A stretch of 64,000 nucleotides of DNA from Candidatus Moraniibacteriota bacterium. Lineage in GTDB: Bacteria; Patescibacteriota; Minisyncoccia; Moranbacterales; GWC2-37-73. The translations under genes and the position numbers were made by a program. Under the pieces are notes generated by a model. The model had not been told where the DNA came from and did not search any database. It saw only the letters and a program-made list of their open reading frames with translations. The stretch lies in assembly GCA_035390125.1 (NCBI GenBank), contig DAOOTD010000002.1, forward strand, positions 41,908-105,907, read 5' to 3'. Positions 19,939-31,389 of the stretch are shown here, in pieces; the first letter of the stretch is position 1; every line of letters starts with the position of its first letter.

Positions 19939-20208
19939 TTAACCTTTAAGGTTTAGATCCTTTGTTATTTTCTTATAGGATTTTTCATTGGTCTTTTCGA
20001 GATAAGCCATTAGCTTGCGTCTTTTGGCAACCATCTTAAGAAGTCCTCGGCGTGAATGGAAATCTTTCTTGTTTTTCTTAAGGTGAGAAGTCAGTTTTTT
20101 GATTCTCTCTGTGAACATCGCGATCTGATATTCCGGCGAACCGGTATCTTTTTCGTGACGCTTCACTTCTTTTGTCACTTTTTCCTTTTGCTTGTGCGTT
20201 AAAGCCAT
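19939..20208 (-). CDS. rpsO: 30S ribosomal protein S15
   Basis: DTGSPEYQIA, HSRRGLLKMV; true start is MALTHK at 20208. Confidence 0.97.
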   Translation of the reverse strand: MALTHKQKEKVTKEVKRHEKDTGSPEYQIAMFTERIKKLTSHLKKNKKDFHSRRGLLKMVAKRRKLMAYLEKTNEKSYKKITKDLNLKG

Positions 20209-20229
20209 AGCATTTTGTAGGCGATGAAT

Positions 20230-20290
20230 GAGTTTTGGTTTACCCTCACGCCAACACTGTTGGTTGTGGAGAGCTGTGCCGAAAACCAAT
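20230..20290 (-). promoter_or_regulatory. Candidate S15 autoregulatory leader
   Basis: GC-rich nested hairpin (CTCTCCAC..CCAACA-G-TGTTGG..GTGAGGG) just 5' of rpsO. Confidence 0.5.
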
Positions 20291-20351
20291 CCATGCTCAT
20301 TAAATTATTACTAAAAAACGATATCATAAATAATCTATTATGGCAATATAT

Positions 20352-22817
20352 TTATATTATTGCTGCGGCAGAAACTTTATCTCCCGTGCTTGGTTTCATA
20401 ATTCTGACACCTTGCGTAGCGCGGCCGAGAGTCGAAATGCTAGAGAGCGGGATGCGGATAATTTGTCCCTGAGCGGAAGTTACAATTAAATCACCTTCAA
20501 TGTCATCAACATTAACAATGTGTGCCCCGACAAGCTTGCCAATCTTGGCGGTAACGTTAGCAGTCTTAATTCCTGATCCTCCGCGATGCTGAATTTTGTA
20601 AGCTGAAAGATCGGTGCGTTTTCCGAAACCATTTTCAGAAATTATCAGCAACTGATTTCCTTTTTGTCCTTTAATGACAACATCCATTCCAACAACCCTG
20701 TCGCTTCCTTTGAGTTTGATGCCACGCACGCCGGCTGCATTTCTCCCCATAGCTCTTACATCTGACTCCCTAAATCTAATAGCCTGTCCCCCGGAAGTGC
20801 TAATAATAATCTCATCTGTTCCAGTTGTTGGTAAAACCCAATTTAAAGTGTCGCCTTTGTCTAATGTTATGGCAATGAGTCCACTTCTCCTGACATTATC
20901 AAAGTCTTCCACTTTAGTTTTCTTGACCACTCCAGCTGTTGTGGTAAAGAAAAAGAATTTATATCCATCAGATTTGTTAAATGGAATCATAGCAGTGATT
21001 TTTTCTTCTTGTCCAAGTTGTAAGAAATTTACAATCGCCTGACCTTTAGCAGTCCTAGATGATTCTGGGATTTCATAGGCCTTGGTTTGAAAAACTTTTC
21101 CTGAATTTGTGAAGAACATTAGATTGTCATGGGCCATAACACTGGTAACTTTTTCAATTGAATCTCCTTCGCGCGTAGTGGCGCCAATAACTCCCTTGCC
21201 GCCACGTTTCTGAACTTTATAAACCCCAGGATTCATACGCTTGATATAGCCATCTTGTGAAATAGTGATAATGGCTTCCTCGTTTGGAATCAAATCTTCC
21301 TGCTTGAATTCTTCAATGCCAGTTTTTAGTACTTTAGTTTTGCGTTCGTCACCGTATTTTTCTTTGAGCTCAATGAGTTCATTTTTAACAACAGCCAAAA
21401 TTTTCTTAGGGCTGGCTAATAAACTTTCCAGCTCGGCAATAAGATTTAATTTTTCTTTTAACTCATCTTCAATTTTCTTTCTTTCCAGTCCCGCTAAAGT
21501 CTGAAGTTTCATTTCCAGAATAGCACTAGCCTGTTTCTCGGATAATTTAAATTTTTTCATCAAATTAGCATGAGCCTCTTCTTTAGTTGGAGATTTTTTG
21601 ATAGTTTCAATGACTGCATCAATATGATCCAATGCTTTCTTTAATCCTTCCAGAATATGAGCGCGATCCCTAGCTTTATCCAACTCAAACTGCGTGCGCC
21701 TTTTGACTACTATGTTTCGGTGCTGGATATAGTGTTCCAAAATTGATTTCAAGTTTAAAATCTGTGGATCAATACCATCAACTAAGGCCAGCATGTTTAC
21801 ATTGAAATTCTTCTGCAAATCAGTCGTATCGTAAAGCTTATTTAAAACCTTTTGCGGATAAGCATCCTTTTTAAGGTCAATAACTATACGCACACCCTCT
21901 TTGTCTGACTCATCGCGCAAATCCTTGATACCTAATATTTTTCCGTCTCTTACTAATTCAGCAATTTTAGCTATCAAGGCTGATTTATTAGTGGCATAGG
22001 TTATCTCAGAAACGATGACCTGGAAGTTTCCTGCTTTTGTTTCCACTATTTCTGCCTTGGCTCTGGTTACGATTTTGCCGCGTCCGGTAGAATAAGCTTC
22101 TCGAATTCCTGGTGTATTATACATGATTCCTCCAGTTGGGAAATCAGGCCCTTTTATAAAATGCATCAAATCGTTAACAGTAGCTTCTGGGTTATCAATT
22201 AAGTGATTTATGGCATCAGCTAATTCGCTTAAATTGTGTGGAGGAATGTTTGTAGCCATACCAACAGCAATACCCATTGTTCCGTTAAGTAGAAGCTGGG
22301 GCAATTTGGCTGGCAATACAACTGGCTCTTTATGTACTCCATCAAAATTAGGCACGAAATCGACGGTGTTTTTTTCGATATCAAAAAGCATCTCTTCTGC
22401 AATAGGTCTAAGCTTTGCTTCTGTATAACGATATGCAGCTGCGCCATCCCCATCCATAGAGCCAAAGTTTCCCTGTCCCCAAATTAATGGATAGCGCAAG
22501 GAAAAATCCTGAGCTAAACGCACCATGGATTCATAAACAGCACTGTCGCCATGCGGATGATATTTTCCTAAAACTTCTCCGACAACGGTAGCTGATTTTC
22601 TGAATTTGGCAGAAGGTCTCAGTCCGCTTTCCCACATGGAATATAAAATCCGACGGTGAACAGGTTTTAGTCCATCGCGGACATCAGGCAAAGCGCGAGC
22701 CACGATTACACTCATAGCATAATCAAGATAAGACTGTTGCACTTCAGACACAATCTCTTGTGATGTAATAGTTTCCTTTTCAAGACCTGTTTTTTTGGAA
22801 GACTCTGTTTTCATCAT
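20352..22817 (-). CDS. gyrA: DNA gyrase subunit A
   Basis: [25 protein letters not shown] GyrA box. Confidence 0.97.
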   Translation of the reverse strand: MMKTESSKKTGLEKETITSQEIVSEVQQSYLDYAMSVIVARALPDVRDGLKPVHRRILYSMWESGLRPSAKFRKSATVVGEVLGKYHPHGDSAVYESMVRLAQDFSLRYPLIWGQGNFGSMDGDGAAAYRYTEAKLRPIAEEMLFDIEKNTVDFVPNFDGVHKEPVVLPAKLPQLLLNGTMGIAVGMATNIPPHNLSELADAINHLIDNPEATVNDLMHFIKGPDFPTGGIMYNTPGIREAYSTGRGKIVTRAKAEIVETKAGNFQVIVSEITYATNKSALIAKIAELVRDGKILGIKDLRDESDKEGVRIVIDLKKDAYPQKVLNKLYDTTDLQKNFNVNMLALVDGIDPQILNLKSILEHYIQHRNIVVKRRTQFELDKARDRAHILEGLKKALDHIDAVIETIKKSPTKEEAHANLMKKFKLSEKQASAILEMKLQTLAGLERKKIEDELKEKLNLIAELESLLASPKKILAVVKNELIELKEKYGDERKTKVLKTGIEEFKQEDLIPNEEAIITISQDGYIKRMNPGVYKVQKRGGKGVIGATTREGDSIEKVTSVMAHDNLMFFTNSGKVFQTKAYEIPESSRTAKGQAIVNFLQLGQEEKITAMIPFNKSDGYKFFFFTTTAGVVKKTKVEDFDNVRRSGLIAITLDKGDTLNWVLPTTGTDEIIISTSGGQAIRFRESDVRAMGRNAAGVRGIKLKGSDRVVGMDVVIKGQKGNQLLIISENGFGKRTDLSAYKIQHRGGSGIKTANVTAKIGKLVGAHIVNVDDIEGDLIVTSAQGQIIRIPLSSISTLGRATQGVRIMKPSTGDKVSAAAII

Positions 22818-22873
22818 TTATTTTATAAATTTAAATATGGAATGTTTACCTAAAATTTTAATTAACATTATTT

Positions 22874-23257
22874 TCATTGATTGTTAGCTGGCAAATCAAT
22901 ATACCTGTTTGACTCTACCCCACTAGTAATATCAAGCGAGTCAATAGAATTATTATCAGAAGTGTTAGTATCAGGAAGAGTTTTTTCGTTACTAGTGTTG
23001 CTATTAACAGAAGATTCCGGACTGAGTTTTTCTATAGAGAGATTTTGCTCTGATAATGCCCGCATTTGTTCATTAATGCTTGGAATAATTTCATTATTTA
23101 AATTACGATGCTCAGCAATCATTGAATTTATTGAAAAAATCCACACTAAAAAGAAAACAATCATGAAAAAGGCAACACATCCCCACACATATAACATACG
23201 TATATGTTCCGGCTGATTACGAATAAGCTCAATTTTTTTAGAAATATTTATTGACAC
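22874..23257 (-). CDS. Hypothetical membrane protein
   Basis: N-terminal TM helix after QPEHIR; co-oriented with gyrA. Confidence 0.6.
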   Translation of the reverse strand: MSINISKKIELIRNQPEHIRMLYVWGCVAFFMIVFFLVWIFSINSMIAEHRNLNNEIIPSINEQMRALSEQNLSIEKLSPESSVNSNTSNEKTLPDTNTSDNNSIDSLDITSGVESNRYIDLPANNQ

Positions 23258-23304
23258 AGGTTCTTGCTTTATTTATATTAAAAAGTTTTTTATAAGCACA
23301 ATCA

Positions 23305-23967
23305 CTAAGCCTCATGTTTCATTAGAATTATTTCCATGCCCTTATTTTCAAGGTCTTTTTTCTTTACATTTAATCTGGATATTTTTTCCTTGGGACAATT
23401 TCCTATCTCGGTGCAAAACTTTTTTTCATCTTCTATTTTTAAGTTTAATCCGGGTACTTTGTAATGCATTGGAATAACCAGAGTTGGTTCTATTTTGTGA
23501 ACCAATTCGGCAGCTTTTTTTCCATCCAACGTGTAGGTTCCACCAATTGGAATTAAAAGAATGTCTACGCCGTCAATTTCTTCAAGTTGTTTAGCTGTCA
23601 AATCGCAACCCAAATCTCCCAGATGACAAATTTTTAGACCTTCTGCCTCAATAATAAAAATAGTAGAATGTCCTCTCAGTGTTCCATTTTGATTATCATG
23701 AAAAGAATCTATTCCTAAAACGTTTATGCCTTTAACTGCATATTCTCCGGGTGTATCTATAATAACAGGGTTGCCCTTTATAGCTGTTGTATTGTTGTGG
23801 TCATTATGATCATGAGAAACAAAAACAACATCTGCCTGACCCTGTGGTGGCCTGAGTCCAATTCCCTTATTAAAGGGATCAAAAAAAACAACAATATCTT
23901 CAGTTGCTCTACCTGCTGGTTTTGTTGATATTTTGAAACAAGAGTGTCCGTAATATTGAATTTGCAT
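23305..23967 (-). CDS. Metallo-beta-lactamase-fold hydrolase
   Basis: YGHSCF, SHDHNDH, HLGDLG, PMHY. Confidence 0.9.
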   Translation of the reverse strand: MQIQYYGHSCFKISTKPAGRATEDIVVFFDPFNKGIGLRPPQGQADVVFVSHDHNDHNNTTAIKGNPVIIDTPGEYAVKGINVLGIDSFHDNQNGTLRGHSTIFIIEAEGLKICHLGDLGCDLTAKQLEEIDGVDILLIPIGGTYTLDGKKAAELVHKIEPTLVIPMHYKVPGLNLKIEDEKKFCTEIGNCPKEKISRLNVKKKDLENKGMEIILMKHEA

Positions 23968-24322
23968 ATAATATCTTATTTATACAAAATTAGTATATCA
24001 CGCTGGAGACTTTTTGTCGAGAGTTTTTAGGCAAAAAAACACTCATTTAAAAGCAAAAAAAATAACTATAAAATAATTTCTGAGCTATAATTGATTTATA
24101 AAAGCATAAAACAACAATTGACCCGGCAATACAAAAACAGTGCTGGGCTTGTCAAATTAATAAATATACTATATACTTATCCTGCAGTTAATTATTAAGA
24201 AAATTAAATAGCGAAATGCTTCAATTTCGCAATAAAGATTTCTTTTTAATTTCCTGAAGGGAAATTTTTTTGTGCCTTTTAATTATTAAGGCAGGTTGGG
24301 CACACCTGATAATACTAAAAAT

Positions 24323-25546
24323 ATGGCAAAAAATATACTAGATAAGTTGGCCGAGGAAGTTGATAAAATAAAAAGCAACATTGCTTCTACAGAGCCAAAA
24401 AAAAGCAAGAAAACCATTTCTAAAATAGCAAAAACAACAAAAGAAGGAAATGTTTCTTTAATGGAAAGTTTGCTGGAGAAAAATCCGGTAAAAATACCTC
24501 AAATAGGGGATGTTTTAGAGGGAACTGTCATGGATATTACCTCAAACTCATTACTGCTTGACTTAGGAGCTCTAGGAACTGGCGTTGTTTTGGGAAAAGA
24601 AATAAAGGATGGCCTAGCTCTAAATAAAGTAAAAAAAGGAGACAAAGTCGGAGCAACGCTTGTTGATTTTGAAAATGAAGATGGCTATATAGAACTCTCA
24701 ATTCGCGAGGCTTCTTATGAACGAGCATGGGACGACCTTGAATCAAAAAGAGATTCTATGTCAGCGGTTACAACTAAAGTTCTCGATGCGAATAAAGGGG
24801 GTCTTATGGTTGAAATAAATGGAATAACCGGTTTTATTCCTGTTTCACAGCTTTCAAGCGAACATTATCCAAGAGTTGAAGATGGTGATAAAAACAAAAT
24901 ACTTGAGCTTCTTAAAAAAATGGTAGGCAAGGAAATTCTAGTAAGAATATTGGATGTAGATAGGGAAGCGGAAAAACTGATTATAAGCGAAAGAGCTGCA
25001 TCAAGCGAAAAAGAAAAAGAGGTGATTTCTCAGTTACAGGTGGGAGATATTATAGAAGGCGAAATCAGTGGAGTTGTTGATTTTGGAGCATTTGTAAAAT
25101 TTCTGCCACCATCAAAAGCAGATTCGACTAACGAAAGTGATAAAATAGAAGGGTTGGTACATATTTCTGAATTAGCTTGGCAACTAATTGATGATCCAAG
25201 AACGATCATCAAAACAAATGATAAAGTTAAAGCTAAAATAATTGGAATTGATGATACCAGAATCTCCCTTTCTATGAAGGCCTTAGCTAAAGATCCGTGG
25301 AGTGAAATTGCAGAGAAGTATAAAGTTGGAGATACGGTTCAAGGAAAAATAGACAAAATTAACCCGTTTGGAGCTTTTGTATATTTAGACAAGGACATTC
25401 ATGGTCTAGCTCATGTTAGCGAATTCCAGGAAGTTTATCCGGGCAAAAAAATGGATGAAATTCTAAAAGCTGGAGAAACATATTCTTGGAAAATTCTTTC
25501 CATTGAGCCGAAAGACCATAGGATGGGATTAATAATTGTTAAATAA
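24323..25546 (+). CDS. rpsA: 30S ribosomal protein S1
   Basis: Four S1 repeats (DFGAFV, GLVHISE). Confidence 0.92.
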   Translation: MAKNILDKLAEEVDKIKSNIASTEPKKSKKTISKIAKTTKEGNVSLMESLLEKNPVKIPQIGDVLEGTVMDITSNSLLLDLGALGTGVVLGKEIKDGLALNKVKKGDKVGATLVDFENEDGYIELSIREASYERAWDDLESKRDSMSAVTTKVLDANKGGLMVEINGITGFIPVSQLSSEHYPRVEDGDKNKILELLKKMVGKEILVRILDVDREAEKLIISERAASSEKEKEVISQLQVGDIIEGEISGVVDFGAFVKFLPPSKADSTNESDKIEGLVHISELAWQLIDDPRTIIKTNDKVKAKIIGIDDTRISLSMKALAKDPWSEIAEKYKVGDTVQGKIDKINPFGAFVYLDKDIHGLAHVSEFQEVYPGKKMDEILKAGETYSWKILSIEPKDHRMGLIIVK

Positions 25547-25569
25547 TAGAAGTATTTTTGATAAATATG

Positions 25570-25597
25570 AAAACCCCGATTTTTATCGGGGTTTTTT
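25570..25597 (+). terminator. Intrinsic terminator after rpsA
   Basis: AAAACCCCGAT-TTTT-ATCGGGGTTTTTT. Confidence 0.8.
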
Positions 25598-25656
25598 GTT
25601 TTCAGACATTGCATTATGTTAAAATATATATATATACTTATATAACCAATAAAAAC

Positions 25657-26232
25657 ATGAAAAAATCAAAAATTATTATAATAGCGGGACCTACTGGTTG
25701 CGGTGAAAGCACTGTAACTAAAGAAATTATAAAAAAATTCCCGAAGTTTAAACGCTTAGTAACTGCAACGACTCGAATGCCAAGACTTAATGAAAAAAAT
25801 AAAATTGATTATTATTTTTTTTCAAAAAAAAGATTTAAAAATGAAATTGAAAAAGGAAACATTTTAGAATATACGTATATTAAAAACAGAGACACTTATT
25901 ATGGCACATACAAAAAAGACTTAGAAAAAAAATTAAATAGTGGCTTTAGTTTGATAATTAATCCAGACGTTATAGGTGCAAAATTTTTTAAAGAGAATTA
26001 TAGAGCAGTGACTATTTTTGTAAAACCAGAATCCATAGAAAGTCTCAAAAAGCGCCTAATGGATCGTGACCCGAATATTTCTCAAACTGAGCTAAAAAAA
26101 CGGCTTGAAAACGCAAAAAAAGAAATTAAAAATGAAGAGAGATTTTACGACTATACGATTATAAATAAATATGGAAAATTAAATCAAGCAGTCAAAGAAG
26201 TAATAAAAATAATTAAAAAAAATAATGTCTAA
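25657..26232 (+). CDS. gmk: Guanylate kinase
   Basis: GPTGCGEST P-loop, TTRMPRLNE, DYYF, YYGT. Confidence 0.88.
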   Translation: MKKSKIIIIAGPTGCGESTVTKEIIKKFPKFKRLVTATTRMPRLNEKNKIDYYFFSKKRFKNEIEKGNILEYTYIKNRDTYYGTYKKDLEKKLNSGFSLIINPDVIGAKFFKENYRAVTIFVKPESIESLKKRLMDRDPNISQTELKKRLENAKKEIKNEERFYDYTIINKYGKLNQAVKEVIKIIKKNNV

Positions 26233-27187
26233 CCTCATCAAAAACATCCAGAATTTTGCTTTTCAAAACAATCTTTGGGAAAAAGGAGCAAAGATTGTTT
26301 TGGGTGTGTCTGGCGGGCCAGACAGTGTTTGTCTTTTAGATATTTTCAATAAACTATCTAAAAAATATGATTTTGAATTGCACATTGTTCATGTAAATTA
26401 TAATCTTCGCGGGAAAGACTCAAAAAAAGACGAATTATTCGTGAAAGATTTGGCAAAAAAATATAAGATTGCCATCGATGCTCTTTCTTCAAAGAAAAAA
26501 AATAAAGGCAATTTGGAAAATAATCTGCGCAAAATCCGTTATGATTACCTTGAACAAATCCGCAAAAAATTAAAATTCGATATTATCGCAGTTGCACACA
26601 ATCAGGATGATCAGGCTGAGACTGTTTTAATGCGTATTATAAGAGGCACAGGTCTCAATGGCCTTTCGGCCATGAAAGCTAAAAATGGAAAAATTATCCG
26701 ACCGCTTCTAGGTATTAGCCGCAAAGAAATACTTGGTTATCTGAAAAAAAATAAACTTAAATACAGAATTGATAAATCTAATAGTGATACAAAATTTACC
26801 CGAAACGCTGTAAGACATAAACTTATCCCATTTTTAGAAAAAAAATTCAATTCCTCGATTAAAAAAACTCTTAGTCATTGGTCATTTTCAGTAGCAGACG
26901 ACTATGAGTTTATAAATAAAAACACAGAAGACTTTATGAATAATATCCATAAAAGCAATTACGTTAAATTTAGCGCTAAAAATTTTCTTAAATTACACAG
27001 TGCTATTCAGCGGCAAACACTAAGAAATATTTTTCAAGAACTGAAAATAATAGCAGACGTTGATAATCAGCAAATTGAAGAAATTTCTAAAATAATCAGG
27101 AGCACCAAAAACAAGAGTCAGAAAAGCTTAATAGGAGGCTTGAGTATATTAAAAAAAGGTGATAAGGTTATTATGTTTTTGAAATAA
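26225..27187 (+). CDS. tilS: tRNA(Ile)-lysidine synthase
   Basis: SGGPDS, AHNQDDQAET, IRPLL. Confidence 0.95.
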   Translation: MSNLIKNIQNFAFQNNLWEKGAKIVLGVSGGPDSVCLLDIFNKLSKKYDFELHIVHVNYNLRGKDSKKDELFVKDLAKKYKIAIDALSSKKKNKGNLENNLRKIRYDYLEQIRKKLKFDIIAVAHNQDDQAETVLMRIIRGTGLNGLSAMKAKNGKIIRPLLGISRKEILGYLKKNKLKYRIDKSNSDTKFTRNAVRHKLIPFLEKKFNSSIKKTLSHWSFSVADDYEFINKNTEDFMNNIHKSNYVKFSAKNFLKLHSAIQRQTLRNIFQELKIIADVDNQQIEEISKIIRSTKNKSQKSLIGGLSILKKGDKVIMFLK

Positions 27188-27222
27188 CAAAATAAAGAAA
27201 ATAACTCGTAAAATTTAAAAAA

Positions 27223-29064
27223 ATGGAAAAATTTTTAAAAAATATAGGTTTTGTTGTATTGTTTTTTCTTCTTCTTTCAACAATAATGATTCTTTACAGC
27301 GGACCAGCTCAAAAACCAGCCACTATCTCATTGAGCGAACTAGTCACTCAGATAAATGAGGGAAAGGTTAGGGCTATTTCCATAAAAGGAAATGACTTAG
27401 AAATTGAATTAAATGATGGCACAAAAGAAATTTCTATTAAGGAACCTCAAAGCGCTCTGACTGATTCACTTAATAATTATGGAGCTGATAAAGAAAAATT
27501 TAAGGCAGTTCAAATGAAAATTATTCAAGAATCAGGCTTTAGTTCTTTTGCTAAAAATATACTTATTCCGATATTTCTCCCATTTGTTATTATAGGTGCC
27601 TTTATTTGGTTTATGTTTAGGCAAGCCCAAAGAGGAAATTCCCAGGCCTTATCTTTTGGTTTAAGCAAAGCAAGAATGACCGATCCAAAAGATAAAAATA
27701 AAAAAACAACCTTTGCAGACGTTGCTGGAGCCAAGGAGGCAAAAGAAGAGCTGGGGGAAATTGTAGAATTTTTAAAACATCCCAAAAAATTTATCTCAAT
27801 CGGAGCAAAAATTCCAAAAGGCGTTTTGCTTCTTGGCTCCCCAGGAACAGGAAAAACGCTTATTGCAAAAGCAGTGGCCGGTGAAGCCGGAGTGCCATTT
27901 TTTAATATAAGTGGTTCTGAATTCGTAGAAATGTTTGTAGGCGTTGGAGCAAGCAGGGTGCGTGATCTTTTTAAACAAGCGAAAAAAAATGCGCCAGCGA
28001 TAGTTTTTATTGACGAAATAGATGCAGTAGGCAGACACAGAGGGGCTGGTCTAGGAGGCGGTCACGACGAAAGAGAGCAGACACTGAATCAAATTTTGGT
28101 AGAAATGGATGGTTTTGAGAGCAATGTTAGCGTTATTGTAATCGCTGCCACAAATCGTCCGGATGTATTGGACCCAGCGCTTTTAAGGCCAGGACGCTTT
28201 GATCGACGCGTAGTTATGGACTTACCAGACATAAACGAGAGAGAAGAAATCTTAAAGATACATATGAAAAATAAACCTTTAGCAAAAGACATAAATGTCA
28301 GGACTTTGGCCGAAAGGACAGCGGGATTTTCTGGAGCAGATTTGGCTAACCTGGTAAATGAGGCTGCTATATTATCTGTAAGACGTGACAAAAAATCTAT
28401 AACGGAAGATGAACTGAAAGAATCAATAGAAAAAGTTATTCTTGGTCCAGAAAGGCGCAGTAAGGCCATAAACAAGAAAGAAAAAGAAATAATAGCCTAT
28501 CATGAAGCGGGACATGCCTTGGTAGGAGCCACCCTGCCAAATGCTGATCCTGTACAGAAAGTTTCTGTTATTGCCCGCGGACAAGCTGGCGGATACACAT
28601 TATCTGCTCCGACAGAAGATAAAAGACTTCAATCAAAAGCTTATTTTCTTGATGAATTAGCAACGCTTCTTGGCGGACATGTTAGCGAGAAAATGTTTAT
28701 TGGTGACCTTACTACCGGACCATCAAATGATTTAGAAAGAGCCACTCATATGGCCAGAGCTATGGTTACCAGATATGGCATGAGCAGTTTAGGGCCCAGG
28801 ACATTTGGCAAAAAAGAGGAACTCGTTTTTCTGGGCCGGGAAATAAGTGAAGAAAAAGATTATTCGGAACACACAGCTGAAGCTATAGACAAAGAAGTTT
28901 CTTTTTTGATAAAGAATGCTTTTGATACTGCCGAAAAAATCCTAAAGGAAAAGCAGGACATCTTGAAGAAGCTGGTTGCTGAGCTTTTAGAAAAAGAAAC
29001 TCTTGAAAAAGATGAATTCGATGAAATTGTTGGTATAAAAACGACCAAGAACGAATCCGAATAA
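27223..29064 (+). CDS. ftsH: ATP-dependent zinc metalloprotease FtsH
   Basis: Two TM helices, [13 protein letters not shown]. Confidence 0.97.
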   Translation: MEKFLKNIGFVVLFFLLLSTIMILYSGPAQKPATISLSELVTQINEGKVRAISIKGNDLEIELNDGTKEISIKEPQSALTDSLNNYGADKEKFKAVQMKIIQESGFSSFAKNILIPIFLPFVIIGAFIWFMFRQAQRGNSQALSFGLSKARMTDPKDKNKKTTFADVAGAKEAKEELGEIVEFLKHPKKFISIGAKIPKGVLLLGSPGTGKTLIAKAVAGEAGVPFFNISGSEFVEMFVGVGASRVRDLFKQAKKNAPAIVFIDEIDAVGRHRGAGLGGGHDEREQTLNQILVEMDGFESNVSVIVIAATNRPDVLDPALLRPGRFDRRVVMDLPDINEREEILKIHMKNKPLAKDINVRTLAERTAGFSGADLANLVNEAAILSVRRDKKSITEDELKESIEKVILGPERRSKAINKKEKEIIAYHEAGHALVGATLPNADPVQKVSVIARGQAGGYTLSAPTEDKRLQSKAYFLDELATLLGGHVSEKMFIGDLTTGPSNDLERATHMARAMVTRYGMSSLGPRTFGKKEELVFLGREISEEKDYSEHTAEAIDKEVSFLIKNAFDTAEKILKEKQDILKKLVAELLEKETLEKDEFDEIVGIKTTKNESE

Positions 29065-29109
29065 AAAACCAAGACAAAAAACAAACAGATAATCGAAAGA
29101 ATATTATTT

Positions 29110-30036
29110 ATGAAAATAAAAGCAATTAAATATTCCGATATCTTCAGAAAATCATTAGCTATGGCACTTAGAAACAAACCAATGTGGTTTTTCGGCTTGC
29201 TTATTTTTCTTAGTTCAATTTTTTCAAATGTAATGAATGTTTTTTCTACAACCGGAAACAAAGAACAAGTGCAATCCCTGATAATAGTGGTGAAAGAAAA
29301 TCCCTCATTTTTTCTAAAAGCAGTCATTGTTTTTGTTTTATTATGGCTGGTATTTTTTCTTTTAAGGTTTATTGCAATTGCTGGAATTATAAAGTCTGCA
29401 AACAACATTAATATATATAAGCAAAGCAAAATTAGAGCTATCTTTTACGAGGGGACAATATATTTATGGCCCATGTTCTTAATTGAAATTATAATCAGTT
29501 TCGCATTAGCTGTAATTTTTTTGGCACTTTATTTTCCTGTTTTATATTTATTGATTCTTGGAGAAAAGTTTTTTGCAGCAAGCTTATTTTTAACTGCTTC
29601 TTTTATCATTACTGTAATAGTTGTTGTGGCATATTATTTAAAAAAATATGCCTATTTATATGTTGTTATTGGCAATATGAAAATAAAAATGGCCATAGAA
29701 GAAGCTTATCGTTTGCTGGCGAAAAATATTTGGGAAAGTCTGATAATGGGATGCTTTATTGGAATTTTACAAGTGTTATTTTCAGCGGTGCTTTTATCAT
29801 TGTTATTTCTTGACTTAATGATATATTCTCAAATATTTGAGATGAAAAATATCTTTGTGGGCTTGATTATGGTTATTGAAATTTTAATTTTTATAGCATT
29901 GTTCTCAATATATGCCTCTTTTTATCAGATTGTCTGGGTTTTATTTTTTCAGGAAATTTCTTTAGATAAAAAGGAAAATATAGCTGTTAGGGAATTGGAA
30001 ACTGAAACAAAAGAAGCAACAATTGAAACAATATAA
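29110..30036 (+). CDS. Hypothetical multi-pass membrane protein
   Basis: Hydrophobic 308-aa ORF. Confidence 0.65.
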   Translation: MKIKAIKYSDIFRKSLAMALRNKPMWFFGLLIFLSSIFSNVMNVFSTTGNKEQVQSLIIVVKENPSFFLKAVIVFVLLWLVFFLLRFIAIAGIIKSANNINIYKQSKIRAIFYEGTIYLWPMFLIEIIISFALAVIFLALYFPVLYLLILGEKFFAASLFLTASFIITVIVVVAYYLKKYAYLYVVIGNMKIKMAIEEAYRLLAKNIWESLIMGCFIGILQVLFSAVLLSLLFLDLMIYSQIFEMKNIFVGLIMVIEILIFIALFSIYASFYQIVWVLFFQEISLDKKENIAVRELETETKEATIETI

Positions 30037-30063
30037 AAATTTAATTTATCTATTTTCATTAAT

Positions 30064-30137
30064 GGGCCTATAGCTCAGTTGGTTAGAGCGCTACATTGAC
30101 ATTGTAGAGGTCTGCAGTTCGAGTCTGCATAGGCCCA
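30064..30137 (+). tRNA. tRNA-Val(GAC)
   Basis: Cloverleaf; CTACA-TTGACAT-TGTAG. Confidence 0.95.
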
Positions 30138-30200
30138 CAAAAATTTTTAAAAACAAAAAAGAGAATCCAATGGGATTCTCTTTTTTTTGCTTAAATAAGT

Positions 30201-31373
30201 TTAATAACCATAATAATCCAATTCTGCATTACGTTCAGCATCACTGTTATTATTACTGGTAGCATTTCTGACTCCTTCAACAGCAGATCCAATGGCGCCT
30301 ACCTGAGCAGCATTTACAGTGTCAATAGCGCTGTTAAGAGAATCAGTGACTTTATTTGTAACACCGGTTACAGCATTAGTAATAACGTTGTTATAAGCTG
30401 TGCTGAAAGGGAATTGGTTGTTTTGCGCAATAATTGCTGCTTTTCCTTCATCATCAGAAATGCCATAATTAGCCGATCGAGCTAGTGTACTTATAACCAT
30501 GCCTTCAGCAATTTGGGCAAGTGCTGCTCCTGCATCATCAACTCCAGTGGCTTCTGCAGTCATGATGAGATCAGTTCCCATTTTGTCAAGAGTTGAAAAA
30601 GCACTGCTTATGAGGGCTGTTGGCTTGATTATACGTCCAAGCTTTTTTTGTGGTATAAGCCCATTGTTCTGCTCTGTTTTGGCCTGCTCCTTGTTTTGCT
30701 TTAAATATTCATCATATTGGGTCTGAGACATAATAGAAAAACAAGGCAGATTATTGGCGCATTTGACATATGCCATCACTCCTCTCATATTTCTACTCTT
30801 GAAAAGGCTTTGGCGGGGATCACCTCCTCCTGTAATGTCTTGGATATCAGTTGCGTGTTTCTCGCCGCCCTTTATCATTTTGGTGGCACCTGAGCTCAAA
30901 TAAACATCATAAATCGAACCGACACCTTCATAATTAGCAGAAGAAAGCCTTCCTTTGGCGACAGTATTATAAAAGGTTTCCATTTGATTCATGGCTTTCT
31001 GTGCTGGAGCCGTAAATAAATAATTAGCATAGTCTCTTATCATTAAAGACCCACCGCTATCCTCGGAGTCGCCACCGATAAGTTCAGCTGTAAACTTCTG
31101 AACTGCATATAAAGCAACCATTTTAGCAGCAAATACGGCTAAAGCAGCAAGATAATTTTTCAAAACCTCATAAACTTCCCAAGCAAATTCTCCTATGGCT
31201 GTCATCCAATCGCCGAGGTTGGTCACCCAATCTCCGGTATTTGGTACAAAATTCGGTGCATCAAAAACTGTATAAGCTTGGGCTACCTTTAAGTTTGTAA
31301 CAAAAACGCCATAAAATATTATGGAAAAGCATAATATAACTGAGATTACTGAAAAAAAAGGCTTCTTTTTCAT
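30201..31373 (-). CDS. Hypothetical secreted/membrane protein
   Basis: Signal peptide (AQA), hydrophobic helix. Confidence 0.6.
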   Translation of the reverse strand: MKKKPFFSVISVILCFSIIFYGVFVTNLKVAQAYTVFDAPNFVPNTGDWVTNLGDWMTAIGEFAWEVYEVLKNYLAALAVFAAKMVALYAVQKFTAELIGGDSEDSGGSLMIRDYANYLFTAPAQKAMNQMETFYNTVAKGRLSSANYEGVGSIYDVYLSSGATKMIKGGEKHATDIQDITGGGDPRQSLFKSRNMRGVMAYVKCANNLPCFSIMSQTQYDEYLKQNKEQAKTEQNNGLIPQKKLGRIIKPTALISSAFSTLDKMGTDLIMTAEATGVDDAGAALAQIAEGMVISTLARSANYGISDDEGKAAIIAQNNQFPFSTAYNNVITNAVTGVTNKVTDSLNSAIDTVNAAQVGAIGSAVEGVRNATSNNNSDAERNAELDYYGY

Positions 31374-31389
31374 AGCTTGAAAAACTTAT

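Noticed and set aside
20209-20289. N-terminal extension of S15
   Set aside because: The canonical 89-aa S15 starts at 20208; the upstream part is a structured leader
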